A stretch of 64,000 bases of DNA, taken from the human T2T-CHM13v2.0 reference genome, Homo sapiens. The translations under genes were made by a program, and so were the position numbers. Under the pieces are notes generated by a model. It was not told where the DNA came from. It searched no databases and saw only the letters and a list, made by a program, of their open reading frames with translations. The stretch lies in assembly GCF_009914755.1 (NCBI RefSeq), contig NC_060943.1; one strand, written 5' to 3'. This document shows positions 1 through 15,259 of the stretch, in pieces. Position 1 is the stretch's first letter, and each line of letters starts with the position of its first letter.

Positions 1-96
1 AATTCCGGTCTCTTCACTTTGTTTCCTCAGACCTCAGGTGGTTGCTGCTTGCTGCAGTTGCTGTTTCCTGCAGTTGCTGCTTCCATCATATATTAG

Positions 97-410
<314 letters not shown>

Positions 411-761
411 CAGTTCTTTTTCTGCTCTTTCAGAAATCTAGCTACCAACTCTACAATATGCTAATTTTTCTTTTCAAATAATTGATAAGGTTTCTATCTT
501 CTCAGTGGACCCTAAATTACAAACTTGTTTAGAAATTAATCAAACCACTTTTAAGTAATCCATAGATAAAAGAGTGTGGCATTGAAATTTGGTGTCATCA
601 GTGAATTCTACCAAATATTTAAAGAAGAAACCATGTTCATCTCAAAATTATTCCTGAGAATAACAAAATAGGAAACACTTTCCAACTAACTTTATGAGGT
701 CACTGTAATAACACTGACAAAATTTGTGAGAGGCTTCATTAGAATGGAAAATGACAGGTCT

Positions 762-1094
<333 letters not shown>

Positions 1095-1099
1095 CTATC

Positions 1100-2750
1100 T
1101 CGTCATAAATATACTTTCAAAAATGCTAAACAAAATGTTGCCAATGATATATAAAAGGGCAACCTAGGTATCAGAGAAAAAAAAAAGTTTGATTAATCAC
1201 CCATTTATCATAAGAAAATTTAGGCAACTAAGCAATAGTAAAGATCTACAAAAATGGCAACAAATATCAAAAGGAATAGTGAAATATTGAAAACATTTCC
1301 TCTATGATGGGGAACAAAATAATGATGTCCACCCCAATCATTTCTACTAAATACCACATTTGCTCCTTTATCCTGCAATCTTGCCAACTAATCTAATTAA
1401 TTTTAATATTTTATGTGTAGATCTTTTGAATTTTATATGCATGCTCATGTTGACTTCAGATCTGCAACAAATGTGGCGCTGCAGCAACATGGGAACAGGG
1501 AAAATATTCAATACATGTTGCTGTTAAATTGAGTATTGTGAAATAAAACTGAAATTGACCTATACCTCCCACTATATGCAACAATCTAAGGCTGGTGGAT
1601 TGTAGAGCCCGATTTGAAAAGCATTTCTTATGACACTTAAATCTACTCAGTGTATAAACCTATAAGAAATGTGTACCAAAATACACATATAAGAATGTTC
1701 ATAGCAGGATCATTCATCACAATGACATGCTGAGAATACTCCAGATGTCTATCGATGATAGTATGGATAAATATTTTTGTTATTTACACAAGGTAAAAGC
1801 AAGGACATTGAACAAACTTTAGCTGTACATGCAATACCATGATGACTCCCATAAATATGTTGAGCAAAATAACTAGACAAACCCAGTAGATGCAGTGTGA
1901 TTCCACTTGTACGAAGTTCATTAGACATGCAAAATTCATCAGTAGGATGATTTTGGACACTTAAATAGTAAAAATATGAAGAAAAGCAAGGGAATCTTAA
2001 AACTTAGGGTAGTGGTTTCTTTTTATGGGGAAGAAAGCATCATGATGCTGTGAGAGTGGGGTGTTTGCAATTCTACCATGCTTCAATTTTTGTTGTGGGT
2101 GGTGATTATACAGCTGTTCATTTTATATTCATACTTTCACATGTATATTTATGATTCAGACACTTTTCTGAATGTGAGTGATATTTCAATCTGTAAAATC
2201 AATGATATATGACCAACAAACTGTGGTGCATCAATACAATAGAGTATTATTCAGCCATAAAAAGAAATGAGATATGAAGTTATGAAAACACATGGAATAA
2301 CCTTAAATTCATATTGTTAATGGAAAGCAGCCAGTCTGTCAAAGCTACATACTGTAATTCAACTATATGATAATCTGGAAAAGGCAAAACTAAAGGTCAG
2401 TAAAGTGATCAGTGGTTGTTAGAGGTTCAGGGAGATTAATTGATAGAGCACAGGGTATTTTTAAGCAGTGACACTATTCTGTGTGATACAGTATGGTTGA
2501 TATAGGACATTATGCTTTGTCAAAACCCATGGAATGTACAACACAAAGAGTAAGCCCTAATGTAAACCACAGACTTTAATAATAATGTATCAAAATTGGT
2601 TCATTAGTTGTAATAAATATGCCACACACATGCAAGATGCAAACAATAGGAGAAACTGGGCAGGGGAAAGGAGAGTATATGGGAAATATTAATACTTTCT
2701 CCGTGATTTTTCTGTAACCCTAAAACTGCTCTTAAAATAAAGTCTATTTT
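1100..2750 (+). mobile_element. Degenerate old L1M fragments
   Basis: A-rich sequence with L1M 3'-like motifs (e.g. tattcagccataaaaagaaatga, ggaaaaggcaaaact). Confidence 0.6.
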
Positions 2751-2984
2751 AAAAAATCAATGATATGTTTCAAAGGAAACTGAATATATGGCATAGAACT
2801 TTTTCAGAACTTAGAGGGAAGGGCTAAAAATAATGAGAAACTCTATAATGAATATGAACATACTGATCAGGTGTATCTTATAAGCTAATGAGAAAAAATG
2901 AGGATTAGAGAAGGAAGCAGATTGTAATAAATAAATCATTAAGAAAGAATAAACAATTTATCCACATGGGCAAAATCTCATATT

Positions 2985-3085
2985 GGAAGGAGGAGAAGAA
3001 GATGGAGGAGAAGGGGGAGGAAGGTGAGGGTGTGTAGGAGGAGGAGAAGTAGGAGGAGGAAGAGTAAGAGAAAAAGGAGGAAGAG
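2985..3085. repeat. GA-rich low-complexity tract
   Basis: GGAGGAGAAGAAG-type purine run. Confidence 0.8.
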
Positions 3086-3761
3086 ACTCGTAGAGATGCA
3101 CTTGCAGACATTGAGAAATTTTTTAATGGCAAGGCTGAAGACTAAAGAATTGAGTCAATTTCAAAGGAATGAAAAAATAAGCTTTGCATTTTAATTATTG
3201 TCTGCAACATTAAAAGTACTAATAAAATATAAAAATAATCTATGGGATTTTTGAGGTGAAAAGATTGATCCTTCTATGGTCAGAGAATGTTTTGTTCATG
3301 TGCACTATTCTTGGCATACAAGATTCAGTTGTGAATCACTTCTAAATTCTTTCCGGAAAATATTCTTCAAGACATAGTACAGGCCTTTGACAACAACACA
3401 GATAAAGCGTCCACAGACCGTCTTCCTAGTTTATTTACATAGAAATGCTGGATAAAATGTGAATGTGAAAATATCATTTATTTGAATAGGAGAATGTTTG
3501 AGGGCACACATATTAAAAAGAAAAAGAAAAAAAGAAACAGATATTATTTATTTGTTCCATTATATCCCCCACTACCCACTCTCATTTTCTCCCCTGCCGC
3601 ATCAGTAACCAGGTCGATCTGTTTAATGTGTGCCTGTTGTTGGTATGTCTTTCTGGCAAAATGTGTGGAATTTCGGATGCATATATATATATCTTGTGTT
3701 ATAAAACTCTGTTAAAAATTTTCACTCAAAACTGTTTTTCTCAATATTTTACTAAAAAAAA

Positions 3762-4052
3762 TTTTTTTTGAAGACAGGGTCTTACCTTGTCACCTAGGCT
3801 AGAGTGCAGTGGTATGATCACAGTTCACTGCAGCCTTGACCAACTGGGCTCAAGCCATCTTCCCACCTCAGCCTCCAAAGTAGCTGGGACTATAGTTGTG
3901 CCCAATCACACATGGCTAATTTTTTCTTTTTTTGCAAAGATGGGGTCCCACTATGTTGCCCACGCTGGTCTCAAACTCCTGGCCTCAAGTGATCCTCCCA
4001 CCTTGGCCTCCTAAAGTGCTGGCATTGTAGGCATGAGCCACTGTGCCTAGCC
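3762..4052 (-). mobile_element. Alu (AluJ-type), antisense
   Basis: Diverged reverse Alu dimer. Confidence 0.9.
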
Positions 4053-4697
4053 CTGAAATTTTATAACATAAAGAAGAGTTGGAAGAATTATACAGTAGTC
4101 ACCCATATATTCTCAGCTTAGATACTAAAATTAGCAACATTTATGTCTTAGCCATCTATCTAGCTATCTTATTACTTATCCATCAGAACATTAACATTAC
4201 CCCACAAATTCCTTCATGACACTTCCCAGTCAGTCTCTAACCCCTTCCCCCAGTGGCAACCACTGTTCTACTTTTTCACCATAAATTTTACTAATTTTAG
4301 AATATGAAATATATGGAACCATACGGTAAGAACTCTTCTGTATTACAATTCTTTGAGTATAGTGTTTTTCAGATCCATCCATGTTGATGCACATATTAGT
4401 CATTTGATCCTGAAGTGATGTTCTATTGTATGAATATAAGTCTTTGGAAACTTGCTTACATTTTAATTGTTTAAATATTTTTATGAATAAAGATCCTGCA
4501 GCATACTTATAAAAGTCTTTTTGCGTGCATGTGCTTTCTTTTCTCTGGAATAAATATCTATGATTAGAATTGCTTGATGTGTTTAACTGCTTAAGAAACC
4601 ACCAGATCATCTCCCAAAAGATTAATTTTACACTGTCTCCCAAAATATATGCAATTTCTGATTGTTTTGAATCCTAATAAGCATTTGCTGTTATTAG

Positions 4698-5079
<382 letters not shown>

Positions 5080-5369
5080 TAATGTCACACTTCTCCATGG
5101 GCTATATTAACAATTTGTATGTCTTCCTTTGTAAAGTAACTGTTCAAATTTTGCCCATTATAATTGAGATGTTGGGCTCTTTAATATTGTATTGTACAAG
5201 TCTTTATATATTCTGGGTGTCAGTCAGTCTGAAATTTGGGCAGAGTTTAATGTAGAATAAGGGGCAATTCTTTGCTTGACATCTTTTTCCCTGGATTTCT
5301 TCCCTCACTTTCCAGGTCCTGTGGTCACCTCAATCTCTGTCATCTAGATCTTCAAGCCAGTGGATACTA

Positions 5370-5665
5370 CAGAAGCATCCACAGATTCAATGAAACAGGG
5401 ATCAAAAATATTCAGAAAAAAAAATACAAATTAGCAACACAACAATAAAAATAACACAAATAAAAAACCCAATACAGTATAACAACTATTTACATGGCAT
5501 TTTTATTGTATAGGGATGGAAATAATTTGAATTATACAGGGTGATATGAAAAGGTTAGATGAGACTACTATGGCCATTTTACATAACAGACTTGAGCATC
5601 CGCGGATTTTGATTTCCATAAGGGTCCCTGAACCAATTCCCCACGGACACCAAGGGACTACTGTA
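5370..5665. mobile_element. MER2/Tigger-like DNA transposon relic
   Basis: gacttgagcatccgcggattttg...ccccacggacaccaagggactactgta terminus. Confidence 0.6.
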
Positions 5666-5954
5666 TTCAGGATTTTTTCACCTAGTGCATGAAGGATATT
5701 CATCTGTAGTTTTCTTTCCTTATAATTTCTTTGTCTTGTTTGGTATTATCAGATTAATGCTGGCCTCATGAGACAAGCTGGGGGTGGGTGGGTGTTCCCT
5801 TCCCTTTTCGTTTCTGGGTTTATTTAAAATTCACATCTTTACTCTTTAAATGTTTAGTAGAATCCACCAATGAATTAATCTCAATATTGGTTTTTTTATT
5901 GTTGTTGTTGGAAGGCTTTATCTATTAATCAGTTTTGAAATATATATCAGGCCA

Positions 5955-6250
5955 GGCAGGTGCAGTGTCTCAAGCCTGTAATCCCAGCACTTTGGGAGGC
6001 CAAGGTGGGTAGAGCACTTGAGCCCAGGAGTTCAAGACCAGCCCAGGCAACTTGGTAAAAAACCACCTCTACAAAAGATACAAAAAATTAGCTGTTCACT
6101 GTGGTGTGAACCTCTAGTTCCAGCTACTCAGGAGGCTGAGGTGAGGTGGGAGGATCAACTGAACCTGGGAGTTCGAGGCTGCAGTGAGCTGTGATCATGC
6201 CTCTGCACTCCAGCCTGTGTGACACAGCAAGACCCTCTCTCAAAAAAAAT
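5955..6250 (+). mobile_element. Alu (AluJ-type), followed by TA/TG/CA microsatellite to ~6315
   Basis: Alu dimer motifs and dinucleotide runs. Confidence 0.9.
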
Positions 6251-6851
6251 TATATATATATATATATTTATGTGTGTGTGTGTAAAAATTGTATACACAC
6301 ACACACATACATACACTCAACTATCTAGGTTATCCTAGATATTTCTTTTTGAGTGAACTTTGGTAGTTTGTGCCTTTCAAGTAATATTCCATGTCATGTA
6401 AATTGATGAATTTATGGACAAAGAGTTGTTTGTAATGTTCCTTTATAATCCTTTTAATATCTGCAAAATCTGTAATAATGTTCCCTCCCTCCTGATTTTT
6501 GTTTTCTTCTTTTTCCCCGTTGGTGAGTCAGTTGAAAGGTTTATAAACTATATTGATCTTCTCAAAGAATAAGGTTATGATTTTGTTGATTTTTAAAGAT
6601 TGTTTTTCTGTTTCCAATTTCATTGACTTATGTAGCTGCCACAAAACTTCACTCTATCCTCTCCAGGACCCAGCTGGGCTCAAGAATTAAATTAACATAA
6701 CACAGATTAACAGGAGAAAAGCATGCAAATTTATTTAATACAAGTTTTACACGTGACCAGAGCCTTCATTACAAAATGAAGCTCCAAAGAAACAGTCAGT
6801 TATGTATACACTGTAGTGAACAAAGAATAGTAAGTTGTTAAGAAGCAATTA

Positions 6852-6985
6852 GGCCAGGCCTGGTGGCTCTCGCTTGTAACCCCAGCACTTTGGGAGACAG
6901 AGGCAGGAGGATAGCTTGTAGCCAGGAGTTTGAGACCATCCTGGGCAACACAGTAAGACTGCATCTCTACAAAATAAAAATAAAT
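6852..6985 (+). mobile_element. Alu left monomer / FLAM
   Basis: Single Alu arm ending in an A-rich tail. Confidence 0.8.
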
Positions 6986-7864
6986 TTAAATTTTTTTCTT
7001 TTTTAAAAAAGAAGCAACTAAATCATGCGGAGAGGCTTGAAAGATGTTATTTTAAGGTGGTCTGTACAGAATTCTTTTGGGCTTGACTTCTCATTTTGAG
7101 GAAAAGTATATTGCTCCTTTTTTTTCCAGTATAAGGAGGGGATCTTCTTTCCTCCTTCCCACCCTCCCTCCTTCCTTCCTACCTCTTCCCACAGACGTGC
7201 TAGCAGAATGTGCTAATTAGTAAATATCTTCTGCCCTGAGAAGAGAGATGACATGGCAAGAAGAAGGATGCTAAGTCACACTCAGTTAAGGTTCTGCTGC
7301 TAGGAGCCAAAGAGTCATTCTTTCCTCATTCCTGTGACCATCTGCGAGAAATCAGAACTGTGTCTCCCTCCTGCACGAATCACAGAGGACATCCCCATAC
7401 AATAGCCTGGAGTGATTCCCGCCCCATTCCCCCCACCCCCACTTTTTTAAAAAGGGAATCCAGGAATCGTCCTGCTTCCTGTAGGGATCAGAAAGAAGGG
7501 GCAAAATAGCACTGCAGGTGGAACTCTGATTTCTTCCCAGGCTCATAGAAGCTTTCAGGTAACTGGGGCTTCTCGGGAAATTAAAAAAAAAAAATTAATA
7601 AAATGAACCACACTTACCACCTTTTACTTGTGACTATCTCATTTAATTCTTCACTCAACTGCATCAGTTTGGTACTACTATTCCTCTTATGGTACATAAA
7701 AGGAATGCTAGGCACATACAGTTTGAATTACTTCCCAATTTCACACCCCTAGAAGGTGGCAGAACTGCCTGGTCAGTCCTGGAGTAGGAACAGAGCACAC
7801 AAAATACAAGAGATCCTCAACCCGCCAAGACCAAATGCTGCAAACTCGACAAAGGCTCACTCAC

Positions 7865-7995
7865 CTGGGGCCCAACCCCATCTTCCACTGCTAGCCGCGG
7901 ATGCTCTTCTTGAAGACAAGGAGGGCCGCCGCCAGGCTAAACGAAACATTGCTGTCTCAGGCCTCACTCAACTTCCTGAAAGGAATGATGACCTC
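7865..7995 (-). other. Probable upstream alternative first exon of the neighbouring minus-strand KZNF gene (likely ZNF112)
   Basis: Minus-strand CAG|GTGAGT donor at 7865/7864; ATG at 7881 gives MGLGP before the donor; adjacent promoter motifs. Gene assignment is from recalled cluster order; 5' end approximate. Confidence 0.55.
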
Positions 7996-7999
7996 ACCT

Positions 8000-8200
8000 T
8001 CATGGAGCGGAAGTGACTGTAGTTACCCACAATTCCTGGATTATAACCCCAGAATTCCCAATGAGATAATCGTCACAGCCACGCCCTCCTGTAGCGGAAG
8101 CCCGGCCGCCTACACAGAGCTCCAAGGTTACTGCTCCCAGAATCCTCGCAAAGAATTGGCAATGTCGTTGCCTTTCTCTGGCGGAAGGCTGGCTACTACC
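8000..8200 (-). promoter_or_regulatory. KZNF-type promoter with ETS and ZNF143/SBS-like motifs
   Basis: GCGGAAGTG at 8007-8015, second GCGGAAG near 8094, CCCAGAAT SBS-like cores near 8048 and 8135, local CpG enrichment. Confidence 0.65.
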
Positions 8201-10057
8201 CTTTGAATTTGGAATGTATGTCACACAGTTCTAGAGCAGAATGCAAACTCAGCACTGTCCTCTTTGAACCAAAATGTCTCCAAAAACAAGATTCTAATTT
8301 ATACTTAATATTTCCCCCAGAAGCCCAATCATTAAAGCCACCTTTCCAGGAACAGAAGTGGTTTTGACGCCGTGAATCCTTTGGACCAGTTTCCAGAATC
8401 CTCTTCAGGTAGTGCTTCTCACCAGCGTTTCCCTTTTTATTTTGGATAACTAGGTTCAGTCCGAATCATTCTATCTCACTGGTCAAGCTCAGCCTTCTTT
8501 TTCCTTATTCTCATTTTTTTTCTTTCACATGTGACAAAACAAATGCATTTGAACGCCCCTCCCACCCTGTCCCCCACCCAAATCCCTTTAGTAGAGAACA
8601 CAGTTTGAAATGAAAAGGAGGCATAGATTATAAAGGGGAAGATATGTGTAAGCAAAAAATGCAGAACTTAGAAACTGGGCACGAATGTAAGGAATACAAG
8701 ATCTCAAACCTACTTTGACTGGATTTTCTACTTTATTCCATGTGTTTTGGACGCATCTAGAACTCTTGGCAGTGTTATCTGATATATGCTATTCATTCCA
8801 TGATACAAGAACCACAAGAAGGTCATGCAAAGTTTATTAAAGTATAAAGCAGAAGCAGCAAAAGCTTTTGGGTGTTCCTTGACTTTAATTGCTCATTGTA
8901 AAACGTGGCTCATGAGGCGAATGAAAGGAGGTGTGTTCATGTGAAGGAATTATTATAATATGAAAAGAGATAAATATATAAAAATTTGAAATATCTTTTT
9001 GTTCAAGTTCAAGCATCACATCACCCACTTCCACCCTATTCTTATTATCATAAATACAATGATAACTGAAGAATATGAAAACCAGTGAGACCATATTTCG
9101 TTCAAGTGAGTCGATTGAGAGTTGGACGCAAATCCAGAAAATCCAACAAATAAAAATACACGAAGGTTCTGCTTACCACTTTTCTTCTGGACAAGAACTA
9201 AACATTTTCATACCTTTATGTTATGAAAAATTTCAAACATTGATAGAAATAGTGAAGTATTCCATTGCCTCATCACCCAGATTCAGCAATTTTCAACATG
9301 TGCCACACTTCCTTTATCTATCAATATTGTCTTTCTGCCCTTTTTGTTATTGTAATTTTAAAACAAAATCATGACACTGTATTATTTCCTCCTAAACACT
9401 CCCATGCATACTTCAAAGAATTACATTTTCTAATATAACAAAAATACAACTGTCATACTGAAGTTAATAATTCCTTAATATTATTTTATGCCCTAAAAAA
9501 CAAAACTTCAGAATTTCCAGTCATCTCAAAAATGTCCATCCTTTGCATGTGATCGTTTTGTCTCTTGAGTCTCTTTCAATCTGGAAGAGTATCCCCACTT
9601 TGATCCACTTTAAATTCATGCTTTTGGCCTATACAAGACATCAGGTCAGTTGTCAAGTAAGATGTCCCACATTCTGGATTTTTAAAAATGTTTCATTATG
9701 CTGTCAGTTAACATTTTCTTGAATATCTTCTGTGGCTCTGGTAAACTACAATTTAGATTTAGAGAGCAGATGAGATTAAGGTTCATCATTTTCGGCAAGA
9801 ATACTTCTCCATAGGTAGGTTTATTTTGGCCTTGTTCAGTAGCATCACCTTCTCCTTAGTGCAGATCACAGCACATTCTTGAATATTACTGTTTCCTACA
9901 GCACCTAAGATACTACACCTCAATCATGCACAAATGTCCATTAGAAGAAGAACGAGGTTAAAAGAGTTTGAGGGAAAGGGTGAAGACTTTAGGAATCAAA
10001 ATTTTTTCTCTTTCAATTGCTAATCTCATCCTATTAAGCATCCATAGTCTTGCAAAG

Positions 10058-10780
10058 TGTGAAAGAAAAATAAATCTCGGGACCCCCAAATCACTAAGCC
10101 AGAGGGAAAAGTCAAGCTGGGAACTGTGTCAGGCAAACCTTCCATTTTATTACTTAATAAGATAGCTGTAAAGCAGAAAAAGCTACATACCTCCTTCACA
10201 ATTTGTCCACAGGGGCCTGTTTGTGGGCCTGAACATCTTTATCCAAAAGCATTTCTGTTGAATTTCACCCTGGTAATGTAAATTGATAGCTTATCTTCAC
10301 AGGTGTGGGATAAAGGACAGACAGAACTCAAAGTCATTCCTCTGTTCACCTGAAACAAATGCATATCTGATTGCTTCCTCTTCCCTATTGTTTATGTAGT
10401 AATGCAGATTCACTAAGCAACATTAAGACCTAAGTCACTATTCGTCTACCCACCTCTCACTTGTGAGTTTTGTATTCAGTAAAAGGCTAATCAGAGCCTC
10501 AAAATAATGCCACTGTTTGTCTCTTATCTACCTATGATATAGAAGCTCCCACTCCCATTCGAGATTGTCCTGCCTTTCTGGACTTAAGCAATGTATAACT
10601 TACACATACTGTTTGATGCCTGATTTCTCCCTAAAATGTATAAAATCAAGCTGTGCCCTGACCACTTTGGGCACATGTTGTCAGGACCTCCTAAGGCTGT
10701 GTCACAGGTGTGTACTTAACCTTGGCAAACTAAATGTTCTAAATTCATTGAGACCTGTCTCACATACTTTTGGGTTCACA
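10058..10780 (+). mobile_element. Solo ERV1 LTR, MER4 family
   Basis: TG...CA ends, 4-bp TSD AAAG (10054-10057 and 10781-10784), MER4-like start tgtgaaagaaaaataaatctcgggaccccc. Confidence 0.8.
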
Positions 10781-12561
10781 AAAGTATGCTTTAGTGAACA
10801 CCCATGTCCATTTGTTCTTGATCTTTAAATGAGTGTTACCATAATATAAATTCCTTGAATGGAGACCCTTGAATCTAAGAGTATGCACAGTGCATAGAGT
10901 CATATTACCAAACCTATCCCAAAACAAGTGATCTGATTGACTGAGCCAATAGTATTTGAGAGCATTTTCCCCCCAAAATAGATGCCATGAATTGAAATAT
11001 CCCCTTTCATGGCATGTTTAAAATACTTCTACCATTGCACATACCGACTTATCAAAGTTATCTGGTCTCTGATCTCTGTACCTCTAAAGCAATGCTTCCC
11101 AGCCAAGGTCACATACACTGAGAAAGTGTCTCACAAATAACTTTTAAGTGATAACTGATACCAAATCTTATGTTATTTAAAAACAAAAACAGAGGCAAGT
11201 CAATATTCCTCACATAATAGCATCACTGGTGCCTGAACTGAAGTTCACTCTCTAGAGTAGGAGACCAAAAGATGATTTTAAAGCTGCTGGGCCAGGTAAT
11301 ATACTTAACCTGTAGCCTTTGGGACATATGCTATTGACTGGCTCACAGAGCATCCATTCATAATCCCTTTGACCCTGCATGTCTCTTCTATAAAATTATG
11401 GGGGAAAATCAAAATACTTTCTTAATGTTCCTTAAGTCTATGGTTGTCATGGGACAATATTTTGAAACAATTAGATGTAAGTGTCAGTCTTCTGTTTATA
11501 CTAGAAAGAAGAGAAAAGATTTGGTTGGTATTGAGGATATGAGATGAACAAGGGATATTGAAAATGCAGTAGGATCAATGAATTGTAGAAATTGATGAAG
11601 TCAATATGACAGTAAACCATAGGAAGATCTGGCAAGAGAATATGTAGAGCAGACTGTAATGCCTTAAATGGAGACTATGGAGGGATTGCAGCTATTGCTA
11701 ATTTAAGGCCTATAGTATGACCATGGAAATGAATACCCCAAGTAGGATAGACAAAAAAGACGACCAGAGGCATGGAAGTCAGTATATATCTCTTAAATTG
11801 TAAAACATTTCATATATACATAAAACTATGAGAATAATTTTTAAACACATCCCAGATGCCCAGGTTTAACAAGTGCAAATTCACTCAATAGAATACAACA
11901 CAATCATTAAAGATGAACGTTATGAAGAACGTGGGAAACAGCAAAATTAACTTATGGTATATTACTAACTGAAATACTAATTTAAAATTTACACATTATT
12001 TAATAAAAAGCACATCTCTACATAAGTATAAAATAAACCAAAATGAAAATGTTACATGAGGGTGGTGCTAGTAGGATTATAGGTAAGTCCTAACTTAGTT
12101 CTGAACTTACTTGTAATGAGGTCCTGCCACTTAAAAAAAAAAAAAAAGTTCCAGACACTTTTAAAAAGCCATATTTATTGAAGTGCAATGTACATACATT
12201 ATAAAGGCTACTATTTTTAAGTGTATAGTTCAATGAGTTTTAACAAATATGTACAGACATGTAACTACCAACACAATCAAGTTGCAGAATATTTCCAACG
12301 CTTCAAAAACTTCCCAAGGAAGCGGCAATGCTGATTGGTGGGTCCAACAGAAGGGCTACGGGAGTACAGGACCCAAGAAACCATCAAACCCAATGATGCA
12401 AGACCCTGCCTCATTCCCCAACCTGGGACTCGGGAACCTCCCGTAACACTGGAAAGCTCTACTGAGTCGAGGGAAACGCAAACATTTCCAACCCTAATCC
12501 TCCACCGGCTGCCACTTTTCCTCCTCAAGACAGAGGGCCTTGACCATCTTTGGTCCCTCAC

Positions 12562-12830
12562 CCAGGCTGAGGAGGCGCAGAAGGGTCTCTAAGGCTCAAG
12601 TCTTGCATGCAGCATGATGGCCGCAACTTTCCCTGGAGCGGAAGTTCCTGCGACTCACTTCCCAGAGTCAGGAGTCACACCAGAGGGCCACACCCTGTAG
12701 TCCCGAAGAGGAAGTGTTGTCGACTATATGAAACGTCTGACCCACACTTCCCAGAATGTTTAAGCGGAACGACGACAAGGACTCCACCAGCCTGGGCGAA
12801 AATACTTCCGACTACAGTTCCCAGAATACC
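12562..12830 (-). promoter_or_regulatory. Orphan KZNF-type promoter and putative first exon
   Basis: ACTACAGTTCCCAGAAT (ZNF143/SBS) at 12811-12827, several CGGAAG/CTTCC ETS cores, minus-strand TGG|GTGAGG donor at 12562/12561. Confidence 0.55.
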
Positions 12831-13628
12831 CAGCACGCTAGTGCTTCCACCTTCCTACAGCTCATTCTGTTAGTTAAGTGCGTTCAAACTGAAGGTCACT
12901 TCTGTGGCGCGATTAGTGCTTGGACTTTTTATTTTTGTAATTTTTTTTTCCTCAAGAAAAAACGAGTATGTGGAAATATAAAGAAAGTATGACTATTTGG
13001 GGATAAAAGCAAAGGCTTTAGTATGAAAAGAAACACGCTTTAGCGGAAAAGTGATGAGTATGAGAAAAAACAAGATTCTAAAAGGGAGTTGGGCTGTCCA
13101 CTGGACAGAACCTTAAGGAATATGGAATCTCCAGACGTGGTTTAACTCCGTTGCCTCTTTATATGTGCCTGTAGTCATCTAGACCTCTGCTTATGCTATC
13201 TGGCATGGACAATTTATTTCAAGATGACAAGAATCCACAAGGAATTCCAAGGACAAATCAGTCTTGAAATCAAGCACAGAAAGAGCAAGTTGTATCTGAA
13301 AAATGAAGGAAGCTGTACTGGCAGGAAATTTAGAAAATATGATATGGAAAATGGCTCCTTTCTTGAAATTTTTTGAGTTCAAATCAGGCTTGGAATTGGC
13401 TATTCCTCTGTTGCCCGTTGACCTCATATATTTAACATGAACGTATCTTTTCTACAAATCAGTTTAAGCCATGTGAATTTATGGTTATTCAGGAAGAGGT
13501 GGGTAGGCTGAGATGGGAGACGGACTCCAGATAACTATAACAAGTCAAACTACAGGAAGTATGTACTTACCACTTTCCTTCTGGGCAGGAAAAAAAATTT
13601 TTAATGAAACTTTCTATATTAACACAAA

Positions 13629-13740
13629 AAGGCGGAGCTTGCAGTGAGCTGAGATCACGCCACTGCACTCCAGCCTGGGCGACAGAGGAGACTCCGTCTC
13701 AAAAAAAATAATAGTAATAAATAAAAAAAAAAGAAAAAAG
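13629..13740 (+). mobile_element. 5'-truncated Alu right arm
   Basis: aggcggagcttgcagtgagc...gactccgtctc plus A tail. Confidence 0.85.
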
Positions 13741-14497
13741 GAAATGATAACATGAAACACCAAATGCACCTACCCTAAATTCAACACTTCCCAACATTTT
13801 GCCACACAGGCAATATCTATGACTATTGAATTTTGTTACTGAAATATTTTAAAGCAGATCCCTGGCCTTATCCCTTCCCAATACTATCTGTATCACTTAA
13901 AAATAATGATGTTTTAACATAACCACAAAACCGTTACCTTATGAGATAAAATTAACAAATCTTAGTATTATCTAATATGCATGCCAATTTGAATCTGTTT
14001 TTTGGGGGGAAAATGCCTTTACAGCTGGTTTATTCCAGTCATTATCCGAACATTTTGATCCATTGTATTTGATTGTTATCTCACCAGAAAGTCATTTACT
14101 CTAAAACTATGCCCCCACCCCGACCCTCCCACACACAGCACCACCACCACCATTTTTTATTTCCTTGAACTGTTGGGGAAATAAAAATGTCAAATTAGGT
14201 GTCTAAATTCTGGATTTGTCTAAAGGCTTCCCTATATTTTCTCCTCTGCTCTTTTAAATGTTCTGTAAAGTAGAAATTTGATGTAAAGTCTAGATTAAAT
14301 GCAAGTTATTGGTTTTTGCAATACTTCATAGAAGGGACTGGAAATATTTGAAACAGAAACCATATTCTCTTCAACTAAAGTCAATTCAAATCCTCAGCAA
14401 GTTTCCCTCTGAAGAGAAAGACAAAAATAAATAACAGCAAATATGCAAAAAGAGACAGATTAAAATATGGAAACCATCATAACAAATCAGATTCTAG

Positions 14498-14625
14498 ACT
14501 TGAGTACAATGGCTCATACCTGTAATCTCCAGCACTTTGGGAGGCTGAGGTGGGAGGACTGCTTGAGTCAAGGAGTTTGAGACCAGCCTGGGCAATATTG
14601 TAAGACCTTGTCTCTGCAAAAAATC
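14498..14625 (+). mobile_element. Alu left monomer / FLAM
   Basis: Single Alu arm. Confidence 0.75.
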
Positions 14626-14713
14626 CATTAAGGTAAGCTAGGTATTTGAGACCACTTTTATCTCAAAAAAAGTTTGAGGTGGAATTTGCCAATTCCTTAT
14701 GGTAAAAACCTGA

Positions 14714-15076
<363 letters not shown>

Positions 15077-15259
15077 TCACTTGGGTTTTGTTTATGGAAC
15101 ACCAAAGGGCTGCATCCTAGGAATAAAGCTGAATGGGAAGTAGGCCCAACCTGGCAGTTATTCAAACCCAAATCCAAGTCAACTCAATCCCTGACCCTGT
15201 ATTGCTTGTAAATCTGGCAAAAATAAATAAAATCCTCTGTAGAGATCCTAAGCATCCAA

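Noticed and set aside
2905-3132. Ser/Phe-rich 75-aa ORF
   Set aside because: Translation of the GA-rich low-complexity tract.
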